Shown: one piece after another, positions 12,403 to 25,170 of the stretch
Layout: every line of letters begins with the position of its first letter
Position numbering within the stretch: the first letter of the stretch is position 1
Source: Macrostomum lignano
Taxonomy: Eukaryota
Assembly (NCBI GenBank): GCA_002269645.1
Contig: NIVC01003966.1
Coordinates: forward strand, 3,351-67,350
Length of the DNA stretch: 64,000 nt
Direction: 5' to 3'
Made by a program: the position numbers and the translations under genes
The notes under the pieces: generated by a model
What the model was told of the DNA's origin: nothing
Database searches by the model: none
What the model saw: the letters and a program-made list of their open reading frames with translations, nothing else

Positions 12403-13074
12403 AACTTTTGACTCAAACGATTTCATTGATCTGAAATCGAAACGGTACAAAACCGAGAGTCTACAACGCGATATACAGTTATATAACATGGCGTTTTTTT
12501 CACGAGGTCCACAACGTCATGACTGGCATGAGGTCATGAGGCCCACACTTTGTGCCTGTGTGGCTGGCCTTCATGTGTGAAAATTAAAATATACACATGT
12601 AGTTGTGTCTGCCTCGGTTGCCTTGCTAACAGCAAATGTTTGAAATTTGAAAAAGACGTGTTTGTTTTAAAAAACATTGCGCACTATGCACAAGTACTCA
12701 ATTTATTTGTGCAAGCTTTGCATTGCTCTCAGAAAGCAAGTCAATTTGAGTGGCTAAATGGGCCTCTCATCGCGCTCTCGAACGTGTGGCTCTTCATTTT
12801 AGAAAAAAAGCAAATAATTCATGCATAAATTTTCTTCAGCATTGTTTAAATATTTCAGAGGAGAGCATCTTCGCTCTGCATCATCTTATCTACGGTACTG
12901 CTATGTAAGATTTTTTTAAACAAAACTTAGACGTCAACTAACAACATAAGCTTAGTTTGATACATAGAAGCTTGACAATAAATTGTCTGGAAACATTGCG
13001 ATAGTTACAGAACACAATATACTTCCGATTTATAGGTATAGATTAAAAACCAAAAGCAAAAACACAATCAATAC

Positions 13075-13560
13075 CCTCAGCAGATTGACAATCATTCCCC
13101 TCAGCAGATTGACAATAATTCACCTCAGCAGATTGACAACCATTCCCCTCAGCAGGTTGACAACCATTCCACTAAGCAGATTGACAATCATTCCCCTCAG
13201 CAGATTGACAATCATTCCCCTCAGCAGATTGACAATCATTCCCCTCAGCAGATTGACAATCATTCCCCTCAGCAGATTGACAATCATTCCCCTAAACATA
13301 TTGACAATCATTTCTATCAGCAGACTGACAATCATTTCCCCTCAGCATATTGACAATCATTCCCCCAGCATATTGACAATCATTCCCCTCAGCATATTGA
13401 CAATCATTCCCCTCAGCATATTGACAATCATTCCCCCAGCATATTGACAATCATTCCCCTCAGCATATTGACAATCATTCCCTTCAGCATATTGACAATC
13501 ATTCCCTTCAGCATATTGACAATCATTCCCCTCAGCAGATTGACAATTATTCCCACAATA
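13075..13560. repeat. 24-bp minisatellite
   Basis: Unit ATTGACAATCATTCCCCTCAGCAG. Confidence 0.93.
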
Positions 13561-13944
13561 ATTCCTTCAGCAATCGCAAAAAGCATCAGACAGTTGTGTT
13601 ATCAGTGGCAGCGGCTGCTCAAACAGTTTATTTGTTCCGGATCAGTTCTGTCAATGTCCTTTTTTGAATGTCCCATTTTTGTCCCAATCAGACAGTTTAT
13701 CATACTTTATACTTTAAGTTTATACTTTAAGAAAACAATTTGATTTAATCTAATACTTAACATGTTAGTCTTATGCAGTTCATTGGCGCGCGTATAGTTA
13801 ATTAATACTTGAGCACAATCAGAAACGTACAAAATGCAACGATTCTACTCCTGGAGAAAGGAAATTAAAAATTTAGTTAGCAACTATTGCGAATGGGTAA
13901 CTTTTAATAAAACATTACATATGCTTTCTCTAGGAGTCTGCCTC

Positions 13945-14367
13945 TCCGCAGTCCTTGAGAATCTGTCACTCCACCCCTCTCTCCTTGAGAGTCTGCCTCT
14001 CCGCTCCCTCAGAATTTGACAATCTGCCTCCCCGCTCCCTCAGCATTTGAGAGTCTGCCTCTCCGCTCCCTCAGCATTTGAGAGTCTGCCTCTCCGCTCC
14101 CTCAGCATTTGAGAGTCTGCCTCTCCGCTCCCTCAGAATTTGAGAGTCTGCCTCCCCGCTCCCTCAGAATTTGAGAATCTGCCTCTCCGCTCCCTCAGAA
14201 TTTGAGAATCTGCCTCTCCGCTCCCTCAGCATTTGAGAGTCTGCCTCTCCGCTCCCTCAGCATTTGAGAGTCTGCCTCTCCGCTCCCTCAGCATTTGAGA
14301 ATCTGCCTCTCCGCTCCCTCAGCATTTGAGAGTCTGCCTCTCCGCTCCCTCAGCATTTGAGAATCTG
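13945..14367. repeat. 31-bp minisatellite just 3' of the SLC25 stop codon
   Basis: Unit TTTGAGAGTCTGCCTCTCCGCTCCCTCAGCA. Confidence 0.93.
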
Positions 14368-14377
14368 CAGTTTGCAG

Positions 14378-15723
14378 TCAGAACTGCTGTTGCTCTTCCC
14401 GCAGCAGCGACAACGTCCGACTCCAGACAAAGAAAGTGACGGCGTTGACCGGGAAACTCCTCACCGCCACGATCAGGCCGCCCCGGTACAGTCCCGCAGT
14501 GCCCTGCTCGGCCAGAATCCGCTTAGCAACAGACAAACCGCTGCGGCGCATCGATCCGGTCCCAGCCTCGGCTTGCAGGTTGGACTTCACAGTGTCTATG
14601 GGCAGAACTGACAGCCAGCTCACCAAGCCCGCGATGCCCCCGCCCAGCAGAGTGCCGGCCGTCTCCCCAGTCACGTGACCGATCCGCTCCGACAGCCAAT
14701 CGTAGAGCAGCATGTACAGTCCGTAGGAGGGCACGTCGCGAGCGAAAGTTAACGCGAAACCGCGGGTGAGTCCCGCTGGGCCTTCTCGTTTAATAATAGC
14801 CATTGCGCAAGAGGCTGGGCCTCTATGGAATGCGTCCGCTGCATCTGCAGTGCAAGGGTTAATGCTGAGGCAATTCTTCCCATTCCGTCGACTCCTGAGC
14901 GCACGCAAGCCCTAAATGAATGTTGGCCTGGGAATCGAACCAGGGGTCGTGATGCAAGACTCAGTAAGTTCTGGGTCACTCACTGCTCACTCTGCTCAGC
15001 TGCGCTTGCATCGCAGTTTTAATCAGGTCCAAAGGCGCCGTCAAAGGCAGCTGGGCCATTCCGCCAGCCATGCCAGCCAGGGCCACGTTGCCATAGCGAC
15101 TGTCGGGCCGCAGACTGCTCAGCAGAGCCAGTGTTTGGCCATAGACACCAAAGAAAACAGCGTTCACCGCCGTGAATGACGCCATAGGCACTGACATGCC
15201 ACGGAAAAGGCCTGAAAAAGGAGGGCGATCATGAATAAGGAATGTAGAATTTTTAAATTCATGAACCGATTTGCCTCTTCATTACCTTGCCAAACTCCTC
15301 TGCTAAGCATGGCCTTAGCCGCCACAGAAGTATTCCCAGCGTTGGTCACCTGCAGTTGCACCTTCATCACCTCCATAGGGTGGCCAATCAATAATCCGCT
15401 GGCACCTGAAGATTTGCAATTTGATAAGATGCGTTTGGACTGATAACTTTGGAACTGTGTCGTTGAAGGAACAGGGAGCTGTCTGTAACAGCTGTCAGAT
15501 CAGAATCTTCAGGAACAGGGAGCTGTCTGTAACAGCTGTCAGATCAGAATCTTCAGGAACAGGGAGCTGTCTGTAACAGCTGTGAGATCAGAATCTTCAG
15601 GAACAGGGAGCTGTCTGTAACAGCTGTGAGATCAGAATCTTCAGGAACAGGGAGCTGTCTGCAATAGGTGTAAGCTCACAGTCCATATTTACCGCCAATT
15701 GCACCAGCGACAAAGTCCTCCAT
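14378..15723 (-). CDS. Mitochondrial carrier, SLC25 family (SLC25A29/A45/A48-like), 4 exons
   Basis: Exons 15723-15693, 15405-15286, 15211-14984, 14844-14378. MEDFVAGAIGG start; three carrier signatures GHPMEVMKVQLQ, APLDLIKTAMQ, LPIDTVKSNLQ; GLFRGM, GLTRGF..RDVPSYG, GLYRG..RSFPVNAVTF. Confidence 0.92.
14922..14985 (-). mobile_element. Possible tRNA-derived SINE fragment in SLC25 intron 3
   Basis: Minus strand contains the B-box-like GGTTCGATTCCC; the A box is weak. Confidence 0.3.
15468..15662. repeat. 44-bp tandem repeat in SLC25 intron 1
   Basis: Unit AGGAACAGGGAGCTGTCTGTAACAGCTGTCAGATCAGAATCTTC, about 4.5 copies. Confidence 0.92.
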
Positions 15724-17087
15724 TCTGTTGACAGCAGGTATTGTAAATTTTCTACCAAATAAAACAGATGGACCCGTCTTTAGCAGAGGTTTGATAGACC
15801 TGAAGGGCAAAAATTGTGGGCAGAGAAGCGCTATTCTAAAAGCTTGAAAAATGCTGTCTTGCTATATAGAGAAGCACTGTGCATGCATGAAAATCTGGTA
15901 GGGCAACTGTACATGTACCTGGTACCTGAACTCTGTACCTGGCTCATGATGTCTCGCAGTCATACCACCCCCTCTCTCTTTCTCTCTCTTTCTCTCCCCT
16001 CATTAATGCCCCTTTCAACCTTCACCGCACCCTCCCCCTTTAGAGTGGTTAAAGTGTATTATAGCTAAAGTGCATGGGTATTAATCAAGTAATTATCCAA
16101 CTGCCGTTTGTATAGTTTACTGCATGCGTGCCACACAGTTTTCTAAACAGATGAAAGTTCAGAATCTTTAGCGAAAATGTTGTTCAATTTGTGTTCAGAG
16201 ACTCCTGCAGCTTACATGTAAATGTCTAGGTCATCATTTGTTCTGAGGGTGAAAGATCGCACATGCATCCACACACGTTTCAATTTTAGGGTTAGAGGAC
16301 ACTAACGTGGCATATAGTTACCGTACACGATGTCAGAGTATTTAAGACCATTAACCTATCTCCTTCGAAGGGAGGCACCCATGTCTCTTGGTGGGTGCCC
16401 CTATCCCGGTGATCGGTAGATATCACGTCCAAGAGGTGGGAAAAGTTGAGCTCCTGTCATTCGTCTCAGTCGAGGAGAAAAATCTTTGTGAGGTTGTTGG
16501 GGAGCCGGGCATTTACATGTATCATACGGTAAATGTATGTCCATAACAGGGTCTCTAGATTTGCATGTGCAGTGTACATGTCGCATCATCTACAACTACT
16601 GTACAAGCTGGTGGCATCGCATGATCTCTAGAAGAAGTATTAAGTTTGCGAGGCATATCATCATGTTACGAGTATATAGGCGCTGTGTAATTGAAATAAT
16701 AGCAATGTACCATAAATTGATACCAGAAATAAAATTGTAAATTTAAAAAATGGCTCACCAATTACGTGTGTACGCGTAATTCTTTAGCTGATACCGCTCG
16801 AAAAAATAAAATTTTAAGGGCTGCGGCGGATATTGACAAATCTACAATTACTACGATGGGTACTGTACAGTAGAAGTATGCCGGGCATGTTGCTGCTTGC
16901 AGTGCGATCGCAGAGTGCATTACATGTAAATTATACATGGTACACGCGCATGTCTCGATCAGCTACTCTCAGAAGTAAAATACACACAGTTAATAGCTAG
17001 AGACTCATCATCAGCATTCATGAGCATAGCAACTCGATATATAATGTCTTTCGGCCATAGATAACTTATATTACATATGCACATCTG

Positions 17088-20000
17088 GGACCAATTTCAC
17101 GAAGCTGCACTGCTAACTTATAGCAGCAGCTAACCGACAGTTGGGAAGTTTTAGTTTCATGTCTGAGCTGCTAACTAGCAGCATGGTATAGGTACATAGC
17201 TGTAGTGTTGCGCCATAGATAATGCGGCAGGAATTAAACATGGGCTCTCTCAAGGCGAGAAGGCTTAAAATATGGATTATGAAGCGGATTTTTGTGACTT
17301 TGAATTAAAATGGAATCCATCGAACACAAGAAACTTTCTGTACAGGAAGGGATGATGGCGGCGGAGCCAGAGGCGGCCAGAACAGGTGGGGATTTATAGC
17401 CAGTCCAGACAGGGAAATATGCTGTCGCCGAGAATGAATAATCCTGGAAAAGGTATCCACTGTTCCGTCTGGATTCTTGTAAAAGACGTCGGCCATTTCG
17501 CAGAATTCTAGCGTCGCTGACGCTGCCCGATTCTCGTGTAGCGATGGCTGCTTTATGGGAATAAAAGATGTCCTTTATGTCCCGTCGACCAATACACCTT
17601 AATGGACGGTCGGAGTCCCAGTAAAAAAGGGTAGTCGGAATTCGATTGGAATCTGATCGGAATTTAATCGGCAGTCGGAATTTGCCGGAAAAGGTTTAAA
17701 CCACAATATTTTGTTTTATATAACACGTTACTATGATAATAAGCATAAAAAATACAATAAAATGTTTTTCGAGCTATATTTGCGCAATCGGAAAATAGTC
17801 GGAAACCATCTCTTCTTCTTCCGATCGGAATTTGTACTCATTTTTCTTCCTACTTTCCGATACAGCCATATTCATAACGCATGTGCTGTACTAAACGTGT
17901 TTTCTTGCTTTTATGTATTGCCAGAATGTGCAGAATATACCTTTATGATACAAAAAATTACTACAATAATTCAGTTTTTGTTTTGATGCCACAAAAAAAT
18001 GCTGGCCATCCAATTTATATCGAAAGTATTTAAAAAGCGATTTATTTTTTACCTTCCTCTCTATATAACCTTTTCGTTATATTTTTGCTTATAGCGTCTT
18101 TCCACTGGCACTAGCACTGGCACTGGCAAAAATATTACTAAATTAAAATTAAAAACCTTGTTATTAAAAACCTACTTAATGCCTAACCACTATCTTATTA
18201 ATTATTGCTAATTGCAATACTCCTAGGCCTACTCCTATTGCAATTCCTACTTTACTAGGGTCTAGGCCTAGCCTATTTTGCTACACATTTTTCTCAAGAT
18301 TGTCTTTAAAGCAGTATTTTCATTTAACTACAACTACAACTTATACCTTGTTTTTCTTATATATGAAATTAATACTACCTAGTTTTAGGCTTTTAGTCAT
18401 TGAATCTAAAAATATAAGGCCTTGGCCAGGCCCTAGTTAAACTTACTTTAGACATTTAGTGTGTCTTATTAGGTTTACTCAATATACCTAACAATCAATA
18501 GACATTTGTTTAGGCTAAGGCATTTAAGCAAAGTAATTGAATAATGTCTATAGTTTACAATTGTATATTATAATTTGCTTTTAGATAAGACTTTCTTTTT
18601 AGTATTATAATGAAGAATTATTAACTTATTATTTATAGACTAGGCCTAGTAAGTAAATAATATAGGCCACATGTCAATAGCTATTTACACTTGCTTATAA
18701 AACATTTCTATGCTTAGAACTCTAGAACTCTAATTAAACTAAGACTCTAGACCCTGGAATGTTACATGTATGTCAGAAAATTTGGATATGCAAATGTCAA
18801 CTGATTCATTTTAAAGTTGGCATACAAATTTTGGTGTATAATTTATACATTTTTTGGCATACAAATTTTGGTATACAAATTCACATCCATTTTTGGCCTA
18901 CAACTTTTGGTGAATAAATTTATGTTGAGCATGAAAATTTCAATGTAAATTAATGTTTTTATGTAAAATAAAGAAATATTTGTATACTCAAGAAATTAAT
19001 AATAAACTTTCTACTTCTTTATAATTAAAAATGATTTAGAGTAGTAAAATTATTATTAAAATGTAAATGTTGCATCATTATTTTTATAGGTACAATCAAG
19101 TTTGTCTAAAATGAAAATATGTATAATATTTTAAAGAATACTTTTCATACAAAAACCTTTCTTAGGAAACTCAACTTGTGAAAACCAAATGACCTTTTTA
19201 GGAGGCTTTTTTAGTTTACATTTTAATGATTTTTTTGTTTTTGGCATACACTGGCATACATTTAGCTAAGATAAGATTCTTGTTCTAGCATACACTATTA
19301 CACAATCCGGACCCTAGCTAAGACTTAGAATAATTTGGTCTTTTAATTTTGCCTTTAGAAATATTAAGATTTAGTATATTTAGATAAATAAAGTACTATA
19401 TATCTCAATGTCAAATGAAAGTTCAAATAGACAACAGGTCAATAAGATAAAAAATACTCAGGACATTATATCCTTAGAATACATTATTTATAATAGTAAA
19501 TATGATTGTACATTTTGATTATGCTAGTATTAATTTTTTATTGTTTATATTATTTCTCTTAGTTATCATAGAGCACTTTTAGACTAAGACTAGGCCCCTA
19601 GTTCTAGCTTTACTAAGCATGCTATAGCTTGTATTATTATCTTATCAATGGCTTCTGCTTCTATTTCAGACACTGCTGGTCTAGATGTGGTGCATTAGTG
19701 CAAAGGTGCCACAGTCTGTTTGCTACATAATGGATGGGATCTCTAGGTTCAGTTCAAGACTGGGGAAAAGGATCCTGGAAGAGCTGACTAGGCCTAGCTA
19801 ACAAGGATCAAAGATCAAATGTCTTTGAATATGTACAAGCATACTTTGGCGAGATCTTCAAGGGTATGTGTTCTTTGTGTTTTTATTCTTATAGTATATA
19901 TTCCAATTGCTTTTATACCAGTTTTAAAGATTGCAAATGTTAAGTTTTTTCTTGCCTTGCCTGAAGACAACTATTCTCCTTATTTTTTATTTCCAAATCT

Positions 20001-21324
20001 TTCTAATGACAGTGAAGGTGCCCAACTGGTCTGCTGATCATGCCATTAACTCTCTAAATTACTCAATGCAGGACCCTATCCTCCGAGTTCTCTGGATTGC
20101 ATCAAAGGCCATTTAGAGCTTCTGCGATGGCGTCTGAAAGTGCAAGAGCTCCAGACCAACATTTGTGGAGTGTCAGTGGGGAAGCAATTGCGACAATGAA
20201 GCGCCTCTGCCGCCACCTGTGATGACAAACCATGTGCTGACTCTGGCTGTAAGTTCGCTGACTGATAATGCAGCCGTTTGGTTCACAACATTTATCTAGC
20301 TAGCTAGCTTTTTGCATTCATGTGTTGTTCATCAATCATATTATTGTATTATTCTGCATTTGTTTTCTGTATTTTATTATTTGTTTTCGGCACTCATTTT
20401 CTGCATATATTGCATTATTATTATGCTCTTTCTTGATGTTTCCTTGCATCCACGTGTAATACAGTTACTCTCTTGACGTGTTGTGCAGAAATTGCTTACT
20501 GTAATCTTTATAATTGCATAATATACAATGCATTGAGTAAATTAAATAGCCAATCATTATTGTGCTTCACTCTTCAAGCAGAATAATATTTTAAATAATG
20601 TATTATTTTGCTAAGCACTTTGAAAACCGATTTGTTTATTTTTTACGCAAGCTAGCCGATGCAAAAGCAAATTCTGAAGAATACAACCTAATCGTAATTT
20701 AGTCGGATATTAGCGTCACATTCCGATCGGAAAACTCCGACTAGAAAACGACCGGATTGCACGAGCCACTTTGCTGACAAATTCCGACCGGACATTCCGA
20801 TCGGATTCCGACTACCCTTTTTTACTGGGGTCCGGCGACGTCTTAAAACTTCTTCAGATTCATTCGGAAGCGCTGCCGCTTGAAGTCATCACACAGGCGT
20901 CGAAATTCACGCAATCTTTGAACTCTTTCGGTAGACGATTACCGACCGGGATATCAGCTAATTAATTGAAGCGCGTGGAATAGTGGAATCTCGATTCTTA
21001 ATTACAGTAATTAGCCGCCTCTCAATTATGCAAAAATTTTTAGCAGCTAACATGTATAACGTTGTGTTCGTCAGCAGAGAACTGCTACAGGACATGCATA
21101 CGCTCATGAAACCGCGCGAATTAGAAGTCTGCTAAAAAACAATAGCCTTTTGAGTCTTGACCACCTAAATCGCTCAAAGTTCTCATCCCATACTGATGAA
21201 GCTCGAGAAGCCAAAAGTTAGCAGACTGCATTGTAAAAATTAGAGTGCGACTGTTAAACTCAAGAAACCAAAAGCCGACTAGCAGCTGCTAATAGCAGTT
21301 AGTAGTGTCTCGTGAAATTGGTAC
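17088..21324. mobile_element. PIF/Harbinger-like non-autonomous element (outer element of a nest)
   Basis: TIR GGACCAATTTCACGA (17088) versus reverse complement GTACCAATTTCACGA (21324), 14/15 match, with further imperfect similarity inward; CTG flanks both ends (17085-17087, 21325-21327). A 3-bp CWG TSD is typical of Harbinger. Confidence 0.68.
17617..20829. mobile_element. CACTA/EnSpm (CMC)-like non-autonomous element, 3.2 kb, nested
   Basis: Perfect 25-bp TIR CCCAGTAAAAAAGGGTAGTCGGAAT; 2-bp TSD GT (17615-17616, 20830-20831); several TCGGAA subterminal repeats at both ends; AT-rich interior with no transposase ORF. Confidence 0.8.
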
Positions 21325-23589
21325 CTGATTCCCACATCATCGAAGTCCCGGGAAATGGGGCACATTTTAACTGAACTGCTGACGTGTACATCATCATTCG
21401 GCCGGAAGTTTGCACGTGCTTGTGACCAATGTATTAGGATTCGCCTACGTGCATTTTATTTTTTTAGCTATAAATAAGCATTAATACGAGTATTGGATAA
21501 TGTTTACATTTATTCTGTCTGGTTTAGCTTCAATAATACATGCACTCATTGAAATACGACCAGTAGTGATCGACATCTCCAAGCTTTGCATGTCTCAGTC
21601 TCGCCATACTCGATTATCAATCTTTTTTTAACTTCACGAACTTGAATTTGAAAATCATAAACTGAATATATCAGAAGAGTACAGTACAGATTGGTAATAG
21701 TACGAGCGTAGTATGGTGTAATTGTCCTTGGCTTTTTAAAACACACGGTAGTAAGTTAAAAAAACAAAATGATTTTTCTTCTTTTAAAAATGTAATTAGA
21801 AATTTAGCTAAAATTCATTTTCTTACAAACAAAGCTTTTATAAGCTATACAAGGCTGACAATATGTAACTGACTGTATAAGCAACTTACCGTTTTGGCGC
21901 CATTTTGCTGCGTGTGTTAAAGAAATATCTTGTCGGTTTGAACGGTTTCCATTAAATAAAAACGCAACTGAGTAAATAAAGAAGAATGGCAGTGTCGGTA
22001 TTAGCCTTACTCTATACAAGGCCCAATCATATCATTGGGAAATATAAATTATATTTTATTCAACAAACATCAACAGTTGGAAAACCTGCCAATAAACATT
22101 TGCCATTGAACATTGTGTAATTAACGATAGTAAAGTACACAATGTTCTGACATTACATGCCGATGACATGGCGCCATGGCATACACAACATGGAATAATG
22201 ATGTCATAAAAATTGCTTTACTTGAAGCAGATAGCCTTGCCTTTAAGTCCTAATGTGCATGCCACAGAAAGTACAAGTCAATGACATTGACATTGACATG
22301 CTATTTGTCCTGTGCTTAGACATTTAGCTTTTAAAGGTGATAGATGTAGTTCATAGTGAAGATCATGCTAAATAGATGCTTTAAAGTTGTCACTATAATT
22401 AAATAAATTTAAATAATTAAATAAATAATAGTAAATTATAATAAGGCTTTAAGTGTTTCATTAAAAACATACAATTTTATGTAACAAATTTAGGCTCCCT
22501 ATATAAAACTTTTTTGCTTTGCTATTGTTTAGTATTGCACTGTTAATAGTAGGAATTAAATGACAACTTTCTTTACCAACTTAAAGTTATGTCAGGAACT
22601 CACAGTAGTATATAGATCCATTATATAACATGTATTGCCAATGTCATTGAGTAATAAAATCAGATGTCATTATATATTTTAAGGCACATTGTCACTGGTC
22701 CTTGTTGTTAGTTGTTTTAAAAAAATATAACATGTGCAATTTTGTTAACTAAGCCAAATCCAAGACAATAATTAAGGCTAATTTATCATTACTAATCAAA
22801 AATTTCAAACTATATAAGTTTTATAGAGTTAATAATCTAGATAGCCTAATATCTGTATATTCAGTGGTTCATGAAGTATAGTTTGGCAATTGGCCTGTTG
22901 CTATACAAAACTCAAGTGTATAGTATTGTATAGGCCTAGGCGGGAAAATCAAAATCCTATAGTAAAATAAAATTAGTTGAACTCAATCTTAAAGCATGTA
23001 TTTCTCAGCTTGTGAAGTGTCTTTGTGTGTGTCTGAGGTGTCTTTTTAAAGTAGAGACATGCGTAAAACAGCTGTGCAAATGTCATGCAGAAAGACCAAA
23101 GTGGGACGATGTAGCGGCTTCTCAAAAAACTACTACATACAATATTCGGTATATTGGAAAATGTTGTAACAACAGTTGCTATGGAATATCAATCTCAGCT
23201 TGTGAGGCATCTTTGTGGATGTCTGAGGTGTCTTTTTAAAGCAGAGACATGTGTAAAAATGTCTAAAAATTTACACTGTCTTGCATACTAAATAGAAAAT
23301 TTTGTTAAACAATTACTGAGCGATTTCTGAATGTCTGTCTGAATGTCTGTCGGGAAACCAATACATATTTGCATATCATACATGCGCAACTGCTGGCCGA
23401 CCTGGCCGATCCGGCCACCGTAAATCGTGGCTGACCAGGGGTAAGTCGCAAAATTGAGTCAACCAAAAACAGAAAAACACAAGAACCAAGAAAGGCAAGA
23501 GGAAAGCGAAAGAAAGTGCAGTTCAGGGAAAATGGTGAAGCAAAAGAAAAACAATTCGCAAAAGAAGCAAACTAAGTTGTAAAAATAAT

Positions 23590-24260
23590 CAGGTAAGTCG
23601 CAAAAAGGATCAGGTAAGTCGCAAAAGGGTTAGGTAAGTCGCAAAAAGGATTAGGTAAGTCGCAAAAAGGATTAGGTAAGTCGCAAAAAGGATTAGGTAA
23701 GTCACAAAGGGTTAGGTAAGTCGCAAAAGGGTTAGGTAAGTCGCAAAAGGGTTAGGTAAGTCGCAAAAGGATCAGCTAAGTCGCAAAAAGGATTAGGTAA
23801 GTCGCAAAAAGGATTAGGTAAGTCACAAAGGGTTAGGTAAGTCGCAAAAGGATTAAGTAAGTCGCAAAAAGGATTAAGTAAGTCGCAAAAAGGATTAGGT
23901 AAGTCACAAAGGGTTAGGTAAGTCGCAAAAAGGATTAGGTAAGTCGCAAAAAGGATTAAGTAAGTCGCAAAAGGGTTAAGTAAGTCGCAAAAGGATCAGC
24001 TAAGTCGAAAAAAGGATTAAGTAAGTCGCAAAAAGGATTAGGTAAGTCGCAAAAAGGATTAGGTAAGTCACAAAGGGTTAGGTAAGTCGCAAAAGGATTA
24101 AGTAAGTCGCAAAAAGGATTAAGTAAGTCGCAAAAAGGATTAGGTAAGTCGTAAAAGGGTTAGGTAAGTCGCAAAAGGATTATGTAAGTTGCAAAAAGGA
24201 TTAAGTAAGTCGCAAAAAGGATTAGGTAAGTCGCAAAAAGAAGCAACTAAGTCGCAATAA
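23590..24260. repeat. 20-22-bp tandem array inside the hAT element
   Basis: Unit TTAGGTAAGTCGCAAAAAGGA, about 30 copies. Confidence 0.93.
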
Positions 24261-24415
24261 GAGGGAAGTAAGTCACAATTAGAGGCAATCAGGGGGTAGT
24301 AGGTGCAAGTGTGGCAGGAGAGCAAAAGCAGAATAGAAGCCTTCAACCACAGACAAGATCTTTGAAATCAGAAGCCCGCGTCAACAGTTTCCCATTGATT
24401 TCCTAAACTCTGGAG

Positions 24416-25170
24416 CAGGGGTTGGCAAACTCCGGCTCGCGAAGCCCCTCTATCTGGCCCTCGCCCCTCGGGTTCTTTGAAACTTCCTAACTACGAGTAG
24501 CAAGGTTGGTGTCTCTTCAACTCTCATCTCTCTCTTCTTCTCTACCTTGCCTCCCCTCTTCTCTCTCTCCCCCTTTTCCCTCTTCTCTCTCCTCTCATTT
24601 TTACTCTCCTCTCTTCTCCCCCTTTCTCTCTACTCTTTCTCCTCAATGCCCTCTTCTCTCCTCTTATCTTCAGCAAAAATATGTGCATATTTTCTTACTT
24701 CAAAGTAGAGGGAATAGAAGATTAGAGATAAGCAAACAGAGGAGAGGCGAGCGATGCGATGGGAGAAAAGATAGAAGAGGAGAGAAAAGCTGAGGGAGGA
24801 AAAAGAGATGAGAGAGAAGAGGAGATGAGAGGAAAGAGGAAAGAAAAGATGATGGATGAGATCAGAAGAGAGGAAAGAGGAGAGAGTAGATGAGAGAAGA
24901 GAGGATAAAGAGGAGATGAGAGGAGAGATGAGAGAGTAGAAAAGAGAGGAGAGATAAGATGAGAGAGTAGAGTGGAGAGAGACGAGAGGGAAGATAAGAT
25001 GAGAGAGTAGAGTGGAATGGAGAGAGACGAGAGGAGAGATAAGAATGTAGAGAGGAGACAGAAGAGATGGGAGAGGAGAGGAAAGAGAGGAGAGAGGAGA
25101 GGAAAGAGAGAAGGGATAAGGGATGAGAGAGAAAAGAAAAAGAGGATGAGAAGATTGAGGAATGGAGAGA
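24416..25170 (+). mobile_element. hAT-Charlie-like MITE end followed by CT/GA low-complexity sequence
   Basis: Starts CAGGGGTTGGCAAACTCCGGCTCGCG; similar to the reverse complement of 32930-33040; the other end was not found. Confidence 0.5.

Noticed and set aside
16060-21480. A third outer element with TATAGCTAAA / TTTAGCTATA ends
   Set aside because: The match is only 10 AT-rich bases with no similarity further inward.
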